The notes beneath the pieces are model-generated. The model did not search any database. It saw only the letters and a program-made list of their open reading frames with translations, and was not told the origin of the DNA. From NCBI GenBank assembly GCA_030265395.1, contig JARFYF010000063.1:44275175-44339174 (forward strand): DNA of 64,000 bases, written 5' to 3'. Shown piece by piece: positions 13,665 to 26,304 of the stretch (position 1 is its first letter; each line of letters begins with the position of its first letter). Origin of the DNA: Rhina ancylostomus (taxonomy: Eukaryota). The translations under genes and the position numbers were made by a program.

Positions 13665-13985
13665 AGGGCAGTATAGTGTTGCAGCTAGTAGAGCTACTGC
13701 CTTCCAGCTCCAGTGTACTGGGTTCAATCCTGACCTCCAGTACGGTCTGTCTGGAGTTTGCATATTCGTCGTGTGACTGAGTTTCCTTGATTCTCCCACA
13801 TCCCAAGGATTTGTGGGTTGGGAGGTTAATTGGCACTGTAAAATGCCCCAAGTGGGTGAATTGTAGAAACTAGGGAAAACTAATGGGAATTTGGGGAATA
13901 AAATGGGATTAATGTAGGATTAGTGTGGATGGGTGCTAATGGACAGCACTGACTTGATTGGCATTGGGCCAGTTTCTTTATGAAT
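13665..13985 (+). mobile_element. Near full-length tRNA-derived SINE (HE1/V-SINE-like)
   Basis: A-box-like start, B-box gggttcaatcc, core ggagtttgcatattc...cccacatcccaag...ggttaattggcactgtaaaatgcccc, CR1-like tail. Confidence 0.8.
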
Positions 13986-14285
13986 GACACCTTTCAAGTG
14001 ACTTTCCACACAGTCTGTGATTTGCAGTTTTTGTATTGCACTTTACATCCTCCTATTTTTAAAATATACTAGAATAGTCTATGTGAAATGAATGACAAGA
14101 ATACAATTTTTATGATACATTCCAATGGCAACAAAATCTTCAGTACTGAATTTAAATTATGAGTCCTTTGTTATATTAGTAACAAACGATTAAGGTAGTA
14201 AAAATGTAAATGCTTAAATATTCTTTGTTTCTATACTCTTTCAATTCCATTGTGATTAATGTAAAAAATATTTTTAAACAAAAAG

Positions 14286-14420
14286 GTCAATCTGAAATAT
14301 GGAGTGAGGCAACCGGAAGCCAGAACAGGTACAGAAACAGACACCTGTACAGCCTGCGCAGGGACCCTTATTCTGGAGTTTGCAGCTCTGAGCAGACTTT
14401 CTGGAGACCCTATTTTTGAG
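14286..14420 (+). CDS. EDEM3: EDEM3 exon 7 (135 nt; [45 protein letters not shown])
   Basis: A-rich acceptor aaaag| and |gtgtgt donor; [13 protein letters not shown] motif. Confidence 0.95.
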
Positions 14421-15489
14421 GTGTGTGATTGTTGGAAAGAGAGTAATTAATGTAGCTCAGAAATTGTGTGTAATTTAGAATTGGAAGCACTGAATTCAAA
14501 TGCAAATATGCTCTGGTCCGCTTCTTTTTAATCCCACTAACTATAAGAATCAGAGAAAATCATTCAGCCTGTGCTGCCTTAGCCAGCGCTCTCTGAAAGA
14601 ACTACGGCAGATTCAGCAAACCTGGAGGATGGGAGGTAATTGGATCAAAGATAATCAATATTCTCTATTTTCCTAAAAGATTTTTCTTTGAAAAGAAAGT
14701 GATATCGATTTCTCATTCTTTAGTGCTATGAATCTGTGCCACTAATATTTATGGTAGGATGAACCATACACAATAATAGACTAACACTTATGAGGAAAGA
14801 AAAATCCCTGAATTTCACTGATTGCTGGTTCATAACAAGTTTTTAACACCTATATCACATCTCCTCTTGATCTTCTCAACTCCAGTGACAAGAGACCCCA
14901 TTCTTTCGTCTCTCTTAATGATTACAACCCCCGAGCTGAATGCTCTTAATCATACCTGCACCCCTGAATAGGTTGCCTAAGGCTGAATAGAGAATTCTAA
15001 TGATTTGTAAGTAGGTTTAAAGGTCAAAACTTTAAAACTAAATTGTTCAATGTAAAATATTTAAATACATTGCTCTAAATTTCTTTTCAGCTTCTAGTGC
15101 CAATAGTGCTTTGTGCACTAAAAATGCCAGAAGTCTAGCGACTTTGTAGAATCATAAAAATTTGCAGCATTTAGAGAAGTCGTTAAACCCATCCACTGCA
15201 CCAGTCTTTTCAAATCACAATCTATTTAATCCCACTCCCCTGCTTGTACTCCCTGCCCTCCTTTCAAGCATTTATACAGTGCTTTTTTTTTGAAAGCTTC
15301 TCATTAAATCCATTGTTGCTTTCGCATCACATTATCCAATCTGACCACCTGCTCCATAAGCAAGTTCTTTTGCCAATTTACATACTCTAGATATTAGTCT
15401 TTAGCCAAAGGAAAATGACCCTTATGACTTTAAACCCATTTGTTAGATTTTCTTTTCATTTTCCTGGCTCTAAGAACACCTACCCCTGC

Positions 15490-18355
15490 TTCTTTGATCT
15501 TTTAAGGCACAAAGACACAGTGGGAAAAGTGGTCTAGCCAGAAATTAAAGGTAGTATTAAATCTAAGGAAATGGCTTACTCTATAAACTTGCTAGAAAAA
15601 GGAATCGGTTAAAGATTGGGAGTATTTTAGAAATCAGCCAAGAATGACCAGGAAATTGATAAAGAAAGGGGAAGTAGAATCTGAGAGTAAATTCATAAGA
15701 AATGTAAAGAAGACTAAAATAACTTCTGTAGGTACAATATGTTAAAGGGAAGGGACAATTGATGGTCAATATGTACACAGAAGGGAGAATTTAAAATGGG
15801 GAATAAGAAAATGGCAGAGGGATGAAACAAGTGTTTTGGGTCTGTCAGCACAGAAAAAGACACTGGAAAAACTTCCACAGAAATACTTGAGAACCAAGGT
15901 TCCAATGCAAATGAGGAGATAAAAGAAATTATACTAGTGAAAAAAATCATTAGTGAAGAATAAAGCTACTACTAAGTCAATGGTCCTGTAATTTGATAAA
16001 TCCCAAATACCTGATGATCTACATCCCAGAGATTTGGAAGATGTGGCTGTGGAGATGATGAATGCTTTGGTTATCACCTTCCAAAATTATATAGATTCTG
16101 GAATGATTCTTGCAGATTGGAGCACAGTAAATGTGACCCCGTGGTTTAAAAAGGTCAGAGAGGGAAGACTGAAAACTACCAATTTGTAGGCCTGATGTCA
16201 ATGTTTGGGAAAATGCTAGAATCTATTATAAATGATAGAATCTTAAGAACCTTCAAATAGAAGTGGATTTATGAAAAGGAAATGGTGTTTAATTTACTGG
16301 GAGGGTGTACAGAGGAGAGTAGATGAAGGGGAAACCATTGGATGTAATATTTTCACAAGGCATTCAGTAAGATCTCACACAGGAAGTGAGTGGACAAAAA
16401 GCACATGGAATTGGGACTAACATACTAGCAGGATTGAGAAATAGTTAACAGATAGAAAATAAAAGTAGGAGTAAACAGGTCTGTTTCAGAATGGTAGAAT
16501 TTGAACAGTGGGCTACTGTAGGGATCAGAGTTTGGACACCTATTCACAATCTACATCAATGATTTGGCTGAGAGGGCTAAACATAAACAAAGTTTGCTGA
16601 TGATACAAAATTAAGTGGGTAGGTAAACAGTGATATGAATACAAAGAGGTTTCAAGGGAAAGGGAAATTTCAAGGGTTTCAAGGGAAGGCTAAGTGAATA
16701 GGCAACAAAAGCATAATGTGAAAAATATGAGGTTATCCATTTCATTAGAAAGAATAGAATAGAAATGTTTGGAATTTTTCAAACATGAGAGGTTTGTGGA
16801 ATGTTGATGATCAAATGGACCTGGGTGTCCGTACACAAAGAATCAGAAAATGGAAGAGCCATTAGTCCAACTCTCCCGTTCCTGCTCCCTCTGCTCTCAT
16901 TGGACATTTTTCTGTAACCTTGCAAACTTTTCTCCGTTATATATTTGTCTAATATATAATGGAACCTCCTCCACTGCCTCTGCGGGCAGTTCATTCCAGA
17001 TTCTAGCCACACATTTTTTTAAAAAAAATCCTCAAGTCACCAATTCTTTTCACCTTTGTTATACCCATGACCTCTATCTATTCTGTCCAGATATTTCAGA
17101 TCTCTAATCTATTGAATTCTTTGACATTTCTCATCGGCCTTCTCTCAAAGAACACTGTTGCAGCCTTTCTATCTATCCTGTAACCGTAGTCTTTCATCCC
17201 ACAAACTGTTCTCGTGAATCTCTTCTACACCCTTTGTAATGTTTTCACATCCTTTCTAGCTGATGATCAGGATTGGACACAGTACTCCAGTTTAGGTTGG
17301 ACCAGTGTTTAATAAAGGTTCAGCATTACATCTCTGTTTTTATACTTTGCCTCTATTGGTAAAACCCAGAATTGTTTATTCCTTATTTGCAGCTTTCCCA
17401 ACCTGCTCTGCCACTTTCAATGACTTTTGAAATTGATAGAATCCAGCTTTTTCCCAAATATTGACATCAAGCTGACACGTTGGTAGTTTCCAGTCTTCTC
17501 CCACACATGCCGTGAAATCCTCCCTCCGCTCCATGTCATTGATAGTAAACATGCGAGCACAGCAAGCAATTGAGAAGGCAGGTAGAATGTTGGCCTTTAT
17601 TGCAAGTTGATTAGAGTACAAGGGTAAAGGCTTTCAATGACATTTTTATTGGGCCTTGATGAGAACCTGCCCGAAGTATTGTGTCCAATTTTAATCTCTA
17701 CTTAAAGAAGGAGACTGCAATAGAAGGAGTGCAGTGAAGAATCACCAGACTGGTTCCTGGGAAATTGGCTGGAAACACCTAACTGCTCTGACAGACCCTG
17801 TGGAAAGAAAGAATTAACAGTTCCGATGAAGTTCTGATAGTCTTTGATCTGAAGTGTTAACTGTTTCGTTTTCCACAGATGCCACCTGACCTGTTGAGTA
17901 TTTCCAGTGTTTTCGGTTTCCAACACATGCAGTTTTCTGATTTTCATTTTGGTTCTTGGGTCATTTGCATGGGGGGAGAGTGAGAAAGCTTGTGTTTAAA
18001 AGAATGAGAGGTAACTTCATGGAGATACAAAATAATAGGATAGATATGGGGAGGTTGTTGCCCCCAGCTGAGGAGCCTGGACAGGAGCCACAGTCTCAAA
18101 ATAAGGAGCAGGCCTGAAATAAGAGAATTCTTCACTTGAATGCTGAATCTTTGGAATTCTCCCATCTGGAGGCCCAAGGGGGTTCAGTCATTGATTTAAT
18201 TCAAAACTGAGATTGATAGATCCCTCTAAATTAGGGGAATCAAGGGATATGGTATGGGGCAGGAAAATGATGTTGAGGTAGAAAATCGTTCATGTTGTTG
18301 TTAAATGGTGGAGCAGACCCAAGGGGCCAAATGCCCTACTCCTGCTTTCTCTTAT
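15490..18355 (+). mobile_element. Decayed CR1 LINE ORF2 and 3' tail with nested insertions
   Basis: RT motifs FTIYINDL and KFADDTK at about 16540-16610; tail gggccaaatgccctactcctgct near 18330. Confidence 0.8.
16850..17430 (-). mobile_element. Opposite-strand CR1 fragment nested in the 15490-18355 element
   Basis: ctccactgcctctgcgggcagttcattccagatt and acacagtactccagtttagg are - strand CR1 3' blocks. Confidence 0.65.
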
Positions 18356-18544
18356 GTTAAATGCAGTGCTCCTCTTTGGGCTTAACGGTGCCTAGAAATT
18401 TCATTGCACACCAGTTCATTTTTAAGTGTTATGCAATTGAAAATTGATTTTGCCCATCTAGAGCAGCCTCAAGATGCTGAAGAGCCTATTCCTGTTCCTA
18501 TGTTTCTCTCTACATTAACTTCTGCTCTTTCAAAATTTGCGGTC

Positions 18545-18885
18545 AATTCACTCCAAATGTTTTTTACCTTCAGCCACAGGCCCCACTTAGGCTTCCAGTC
18601 TGATGACAACTTAGCTTTAAAATTCTCACCCTTGTTTTCAAATCCCTCCATGGCCTCACCCTCTCTGTACCTTCTTCCAGCCATACAGTTCTTCAAAATA
18701 AAATCATCCTCCAATTCTGGCCTCTTGTGTATCCTCAGATTTTAATTGCTGCACTGCTAGCACTGATGGTTTCACATGTTTGGGCCCTAAGCTCTGGAAT
18801 TCCTTCCCTCAACCTTTTTTCACCTCCATCCGCCTTTAAGATCCTCCTTAAAGCCTGCATCTTTGACTGACTTTTGGGCAAGATT
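18545..18885 (+). mobile_element. L2-clade LINE 3' end
   Basis: FKILTLVFKSLHGL-coding stretch (tttaaaattctcacccttgttttcaaatccctccatggcc) and ctctggaattccttccct. Confidence 0.7.
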
Positions 18886-19859
18886 TTGCTTCAGCTAACC
18901 TTATCAAACAGAAGTTGTCCATTGATGTCAAACATCAAGTGACTGGGGAAATCTGGAATGTTAAAGATGCTACATAAATGAAAGTTGCTAATAACAAGCC
19001 ACAAAATAAATTTCATACACAATGAGTGAGGTATAATTGGGCTGTCTTTGGTATTAGTGTTTTTGTTCTATGAAGACAAAGGCATTAACATTCTGCCAAA
19101 ATGTCACTTGCACATCAGTGTGTGATATTTTTTGTGCATATGTTTTGTGCAGTTGAGCTTTGAACAGATTTTTACATCTAGATAAGTATAACTTTTAAAT
19201 TAAATATCTACTTTCAATGGAAACATTTTAAAAACTTGCATTTTGCAGTTTAAAAAAAATTGAAATTCTACTGTAGTTTTAATCCTGGCATCACTGTCTT
19301 TGAGATGGAAGAAAGCATCAAGCATGGTGAAAAAGTACATTGATGCACATCAGCAGTCAGAATAATAAATATACTGGAATACAACACCAGTGGCTATTCT
19401 ACCAAGATTTTCTTGCAGAATTTTCACCCAAACCCTGTATTATTTATTTAAGATGCCAGTAAATCGGGGTAAAATTTGAAGGCTGTTTTTAATTTTATTG
19501 TCCATGTCCATGATCATTCTTGTAAAGGGAAAAGTAGATAGCTGAGATACATTAAGTTATTTCATAGTGGTGCACTGAATAATATGAGTGTATGAAGCAG
19601 GAATATTTATTTTGGCATTTATGTCACCCAGTAATTGAGGCACATCATGTCTGGTTACTGACAGTCTCGACAAGTTGATTTAAGGACTCTGCATTTATTC
19701 AAACATTGCACTGTAATTTATCTGCATTCTGTAGACACAATGTGGTTGCTGAAGACGTACTGCATGTACCTTGAGCTTGGATATTCGGCAGCTACTGTAT
19801 GTAACCTTCAGTGACTGGGTTTAGCTGTTTATGTAATGGACAGTTTTCCTTTTGTACAG

Positions 19860-19965
19860 CAACATGCTCGGAAGGCCTTAGACTTTTTGTGGGAAAGGAG
19901 GCAGCGCAACAGCAACCTGGTGGGCACCACCATCAACATCCATACTGGAGACTGGGTCCGCAGAG
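19860..19965 (+). CDS. EDEM3: EDEM3 exon 8 (106 nt; [35 protein letters not shown])
   Basis: gtacag| and |gtgaaa; inside ORF 19836..20039. Confidence 0.96.
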
Positions 19966-20252
19966 GTGAAATGAATTTCTTCATTGCTTCTCTTTGTTCC
20001 CCGTCCATTCAAATCAAATGCTTTACAATTTCCTCCTGAAGTTGATCTCTCTCTCATTTCATTATCAGTTTCACTAATCGAACTTAACCAGAATTATTGT
20101 GAAAAGCTCCTTTCTTCATGCTCCTTGGTATTGAGACACTACCAATTTCAAATATTGTGCTGGAATGATGACCTGTTCCTTTTAGATTGACATATTTCTT
20201 TTATTCAGGTCAATGTTCTCATTTATTTACTCATGGTTTTTTTTTCATGCAG

Positions 20253-20350
20253 ATAGTGGAGTTGGAGCTGGGATTGATTCTTATTATGAGTATCTCTTCA
20301 AAGCGTACATTCTGCTTGGTGATGATGGCTATTTGCAGAGATTCAACACT
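20253..20350 (+). CDS. EDEM3: EDEM3 exon 9 (98 nt; [33 protein letters not shown])
   Basis: tgcag| and |gtaagc; GH47 motif DSYYEY. Confidence 0.97.
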
Positions 20351-22103
20351 GTAAGCTTTGCTTCTTTCTTGGTAGATCTTAGCTCTTTGTCACATTATTT
20401 CCCATCTGTAATATATTCCTACGTTACTAGCTGCAAATTGTGAAATTGCTTTGGAAATTGCTATTTTAGGAATGTTCAGTAGAAAGAAACTTTTTAAGTA
20501 GACATTACTTGCATGATAGATGCAAATATGTTTATTGAGTTCAAATGATTTGGTTTTAAAATCTCATTTTCTGGAACTGAAATCAATTGCAACCTACCAA
20601 TGGCAATGCTGCATAAAACAGTTAAATTACCCAAATATCTTAGACTAAGCTATTAATTTGAAACTGGAGGCAAGTTAAAGGAAATTATTACTCTGGCATG
20701 TGCAATCAAGTATGTGGAAGCAAAGCAAATAATTTCATGAAGGTATAAAACTTGAGCTTTAAACTGTGTTAATCCTGGTCAAAACTAAACATGTTACAAA
20801 TGAATCTGAGTACCAATCAGCACTGCAAAATGTGATCAGGGTAGTGGGATTTAAGCAGTTGTTCTGATTGTGATAAATTTACAGATTTTGTCACAATTAG
20901 AACAATTTGTGTTGAAAACTGAGTGGCTAAATTTGTTGGCCAGTTGATGACAGCACTAAGAACTAACTAGTAATTAAAGGAGAGTTCATTGAATGCAACT
21001 TCAAATGCATCACATACTATAGACTGCATGAAGCAGAAAATAAAGGGAAACAGGAAGAAATGAGTGGATCAGTACCATTTACATAGAGGCTGTGGTTCTC
21101 CAATTCATATGGTTCAAGTGTGGAAATGTCTTTGGTTTCCTCTTCAAATACTTGATAAACAAGCTCTCTGTCAATTTCTTCCATGGCAGACTCATTTTTG
21201 AATGAACAATTAGCCGTCACTCGGGTGCTCTCAACTGTTACCCCACTGCAGAGAGGCAAAAACAGTTTAGGATAAATATTAAACATTTTAGTGTAAGATA
21301 TGTCATTTTCCATTAATTGCATCACCAGCCTCAGATACTACTCATTTTACTACTCCCTTAATTCACTCGCCAGCAATCTGTTATCAATCAGCACATTCAG
21401 TGTTTACCCTGCTCCTACACGTGAGCATTGCTATCAGCTTCAATTTTACATCTCACAGCTGACATGCTCTACAAGCTAATTAATTGTGCCACAATATCAA
21501 AAAAGACTCGCATCGCATTCCCCCTTCCTTGTAAGGGTGGTATAAAGTTAGATGCAGCAGTAGTTAATGGATGTGTGACGGGTGCAGTTGCATGACCAGT
21601 CCTCCTTGTCTTCTATTTGTATAACCAAAACCGTCCTGCAGTGCCACGTTTCCCCATACAGTCTGTTCTCATTTTAAAGTGGAATATATACACTTATCCC
21701 TTTCTGTCTAACCTAACTTTATCACAGTGTGTGATGGTTGATGTTGCAGCTTCCATTGTAGCCAAAGCAGAACAATTGTGTGCTGCCCTGAAAGCTTATA
21801 GTTCTAAACACCATTTGCTGCCTGTAATTTTAGTCGTGGATATCAGTCTTGATTGGGCCAAGCAGGTTGCCACAGCATTTTGTTCTCCAAATTTTTTTTA
21901 GGATCAAACTGACATCTCCTGTTTTGGTCTGCAGAACTGTAATGCAAACTTCATGGTTATTTCACTTACTTTTCAAATGTTGCTTCAGTTTGCTGTGTTA
22001 GAAAGGAATGAAATGGTAAAATATTTTAGTTGAATACCTTAATATTAAGTTAATATATCTGAATGAAAGTGGCAATGCTGTCATCTGCTGTTTTCTCACT
22101 CAG

Positions 22104-22229
22104 CACTATGCAGCCATCATGAAGTATATAAGCCAACCCCCTCTCCTGCTGGATGTCCACATACATAAGCCACTGCTAAATGCACGCACGTGGATGGATG
22201 CCTTGCTAGCTTTCTTCCCAGGCCTGCAG
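22104..22229 (+). CDS. EDEM3: EDEM3 exon 10 (126 nt; [42 protein letters not shown])
   Basis: ctcag| and |gtaaat; [13 protein letters not shown] motif. Confidence 0.97.
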
Positions 22230-22386
22230 GTAAATTGTCTTCCTTTTTTTGTGATCAAATGTCTTTGAGCCTCATAAATTCTGCAACTTACACCATTAAG
22301 AATGGCTGCTTTTTATTAATGTCTGTATATTTTGAGGATAGAAAACTGGCTGAATACCGGGACCTCCCCATTCGGGAAGTTAATCA

Positions 22387-23210
22387 CATCAGAATCAGGT
22401 TTATTATCACTGACGTGCCGTGAAAGTTGTTGTTTTGCAGCAGCAGTACAGTGCAAGATATAAAAAAATTACTAGAAGTTACCAAAAAATAAAGAAATAG
22501 TGCAATAGAGGAATAACAAGGTAGAGTTCATGGACCGTTCAGAAATCTGATGGCGGAGGAGAAGAGGCTGTTCCTGAAACGTTGAGTGTGGGTCTTCAGG
22601 CTCCTGTATCACCTCTCTGGTGGTAGTAATGAGAAGAGGTCATGTCCTGGATGGTGAGGGTCCTTAATGATGGATGCCGCCGCCTAAAGGCAGCGTTTCT
22701 TGAAGATGTCCTCGATGGTGGGGAGGGTTGTGCCCGTGATGGAGCTGGCTGAGTCTACAACCCCGTTTCAAACTCCTAATGAATGAAATAGAGCCACTGG
22801 CATGCTGCCTTCATGATTGCATCAATGTGTTGGGCCCAGGAACTTGAAGCTGCTCACCCTTTCCACTGCTGACCCCTCAATGAAGACTGCTGTGTGCTCT
22901 TCTGACTTCCCCTTCCTGAAGTCCACAATCAGTTCTTTGGTCTTGCTGACATTGAGTGGGAGGTTGTTGTTACGACATCACACAACCAGCTGATCTATCT
23001 CACTCCTGTCCATCTCCTGGTGGCTGTCTGAGATTCTGCCAACAACAGTGGTGTCGTCAGCAAATTTACAGATGACGTTTGAACTGTGCCTAGCCACACA
23101 GTCATGAGTGTAGAGAGAGTAGAGCAGTGGGCTAAGCACACATCCTTGAGGTGTGTCTGTGTTGATCCTCAGCAAGGAGGAGATGTTATTACCAATCCGC
23201 ACTGACTCTG
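22387..23210 (-). mobile_element. Rex1/Babar-type LINE, 5'-truncated with an internal deletion
   Basis: ORF 22978..23202 PQGCVLSPLLYSLYTHDC...KFADDTTVVG; 3' end atcagaatcaggtttatt. Confidence 0.85.
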
Positions 23211-25120
23211 GCAGTATAAATTCTCGCGTAAAATCAGTCTGTGCCGTGGCCTTTAATCTGATACAGGGCCAATTGGTATAATTGAAAATTTAAAAAAACT
23301 GTAGGTGCTGTAATTTTTTAAAAATCTGATAATGCTAGAAACAGTCAGCAGGTCAGGTCGCATCTGTGGAAAGAGAAACAGAGTTAATGTCTCAAGTTGA
23401 AACCCCTTTGTCAGACCTGATATAGAATATTCCACCTCAACCTCTGAATATTTCCACCACTTGATCTGGATGATTGACTACAACAATACTGTGTAATGTC
23501 CAGTATACATAATCTCTATTATGGATGTTATGAAATGTGTATAGATCAGTTGTTTTTCCTGCAGAAAGAGACCATTGGAATGACTGTTGTCTTCGAAGTG
23601 ATGTGGGGTTAGCATTGGCAGAACTGGAAGCAGGTCAGCTGTTCTGAAAATTGTTCATACCTGGTGAATTTTCTCAGGAAAGCCAAATAGAAGAACACTG
23701 ATCTTAATATAAGAGGGAAATCTGACCTCTGTCAAATGTTAAAGGCTGTAAAAGTAAATTTGTCAATAATCTTACCAATTGCATGCGATTGGAATCATCT
23801 GTTTGTTAATATCCAGAGTAAACATAACCTGAAATAAAATTGGACACCGTCATGAAAGGCTGGTTTGAATCTCATTGACAAAGCTGTTTATTGTGTGCTT
23901 CATGTATTGGTAATTAAATGGACATCAAAATAAAATTCATCAGGTAAACAACTGCCATGGAAGTGAAATTCTACTGTAGTGTCAATGTGAGTCTTTAAGT
24001 CTTAGTTATATGGGCTTAGAGTAAGAAAGGCTTCATACTTACTGATGTATATAGATGAGGGAAAAGGACAGTGTTTAGAGTGAATTGATGTCAGTCGAGC
24101 TGTTGGTCAAGTTATGTTCTTCCTTTAAAGGAGGTGAGGCAAATTAACAATGCAACCATAGCCACGTGCACAGGGATTGAAAGGTGCCGTTAAATGTTGT
24201 GGTCAAGTCCGTTTTATTTGGTCAATCTTAACTTTGTGGCATTTTTGAGAAAGTCATTATATTTTCATTAGTTTCTTGTTAGCTTTACAGATATCTTGAT
24301 GTTGTTTTGAAGCTTGCGTTCTGAACGTGTCTTCAATTGCATTTAAATGTGACGCTCAGGCAATCCAAAAGCTGCACTTTGTATAAGGTATTACCGAATG
24401 CAAAAGTGACGCAGAACTGGGCACGTATTTGTAGTGTGCAATATAATCATTGATTCAAATGGCATCTATAACCAGCACAAATTCTGCTTGTTTTGTGCCA
24501 CTATTTGACCTCTGAGGTTCTATTATTACCCTCCAAGCTAAATTTATCTCCAAATAGGACTTGTATTGGTGATCATAAATTGTCTTCTTTTGGTTTGTTT
24601 ATATGTGATTAGTTTCCTGAAGTAAAATGTGTCAAGTTTATCCTGTATCCTCAGAGACTGCATGGTAACAGCATTGCATTGATATAATGAAAGGACAGAT
24701 AAAACTATATTCAGTCTTTGCACCTTTTTGTTTTTTATTTTTGCTTCATGTGGCAGTAAATGCCACAGTTTTCTGGAAGTGATGGTAGAATTTTTTTACG
24801 CAGTAATGGAAATTTTAAAATGATGTAATCGTTAATTCACTTTTATTAAATGCATAAAAAGAAAATGGGAAAACAGTGGAAACAAGAAACAAACTGAAAA
24901 TCCAGAGACCACATGGATCAGTCAATATCAATAAAGAAATCCAATTCATATCTTGGTTTACGAAACATCATCCTCTGTCCTCTTTATTGATGCTTTTTAG
25001 CTGGCTCTAGTATATTCCGTTTTCATTTGATATATTTAAATATGATACTGTGTTGTGAATCAATGTTCTATTCTGCGCAGTCTGTTTCTATAAAGCACCA
25101 TATGATTTCTTATTTTTTAG

Positions 25121-25204
25121 GTTTTAAAAGGAGATATACGTCCAGCTATAGAAACTCATGAGATGTTGTATCAAGTGACGAAAAAGCACAACTTCCTGCC
25201 AGAG
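25121..25204 (+). CDS. EDEM3: EDEM3 exon 11 (84 nt; [28 protein letters not shown])
   Basis: tttttag| and |gtagct; in-frame EDEM3 peptide. Confidence 0.96.
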
Positions 25205-26304
25205 GTAGCTGGACTTTTCAAGCACTTTTAATTGTTTGACTTAATTTTAATCATTATTATAACTTGGATTGCATTGATTTTGCTTATTAATAGATGAAGC
25301 CTGGAGGGCTTAACTGTATCACTTCTGACATATGATTTCTATTTTTCCATTTGTGATTTGCAGATCTTTTCTGCCAGTTGTTTCTGCAAATGACCAGAGT
25401 CTTTACAGTTGGTTTTATTCTTCCCTTCAACAGTTTCTTTAACCAGGTTTATATCCTTGGTACTTGTGGTCTTTGTCCTACACTTTGCTGATTGTAGATT
25501 TAAAGGGTTATGGTAGTGAATAGATCAGCTCCTTCATAGATGTTGCTGATTGAATGGCCTCCTGGGCTGTATTTTTTGTTTAATTACACCGTAACTTAGA
25601 TTCCTCCCTTAACCATTATTTTCTAAAGAAAATCAACTGGTCATCTATCTCATTATTTATAGAACTATGCAGCATGAAAGATTGTAGCCACATGTGCTCA
25701 CATAATGAGTACACTTAGTAGTAGTTTATTCAAAATGAAATACTTCAGGATATTCTGAAAGATGCCTTTTTCCCCACCCAAGGAACGTATGTTTTACAGA
25801 TGTTGGTTTCTCATTTCTACCTTCTAATTTCTATCTGAATTATTCTGGCTTTCTGTACTTTATTAATACCAGGGTTGATCTGAATTTATTTTAAATTTAT
25901 TCTTGGGAAATGGACATGGCTGACAAGAGCAGTACTTAGTGTTCATTGTCCCCTGGTGTTTGGAGTGAGTTGTCTTCAGAACTGCTGCAGTGTTAGTACT
26001 TCATCTATAACTGTAGTTGCATTATGGATCAGCAGATTTTCTTCTGTAAAGAATATCAATAAGTCTCTTTTTGATCTCTAAATTCAAACTTTTAACTTGA
26101 TTTTGTAAGATTTGAACTGGGATTCTCTGAATTATTGGTCCAGGCCTCTGGATTACTGCACCAGTAACATAATCACTGTATGAGCATGCCTTTTATGTTC
26201 CCCTCCTCCTTGAATCCCCAATCATTGCAGTCTGCAAAAATGAATATTTTCAATTCTCCTACCATTTCTAAGTTTTAAAATTAAAGCCTGTAGTCATCAT
26301 ATCA

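Noticed and set aside
13665-13745. tRNA gene (B-box gggttcaatcc)
   Set aside because: It continues into a SINE core and CR1-like tail, and no intact cloverleaf is evident.
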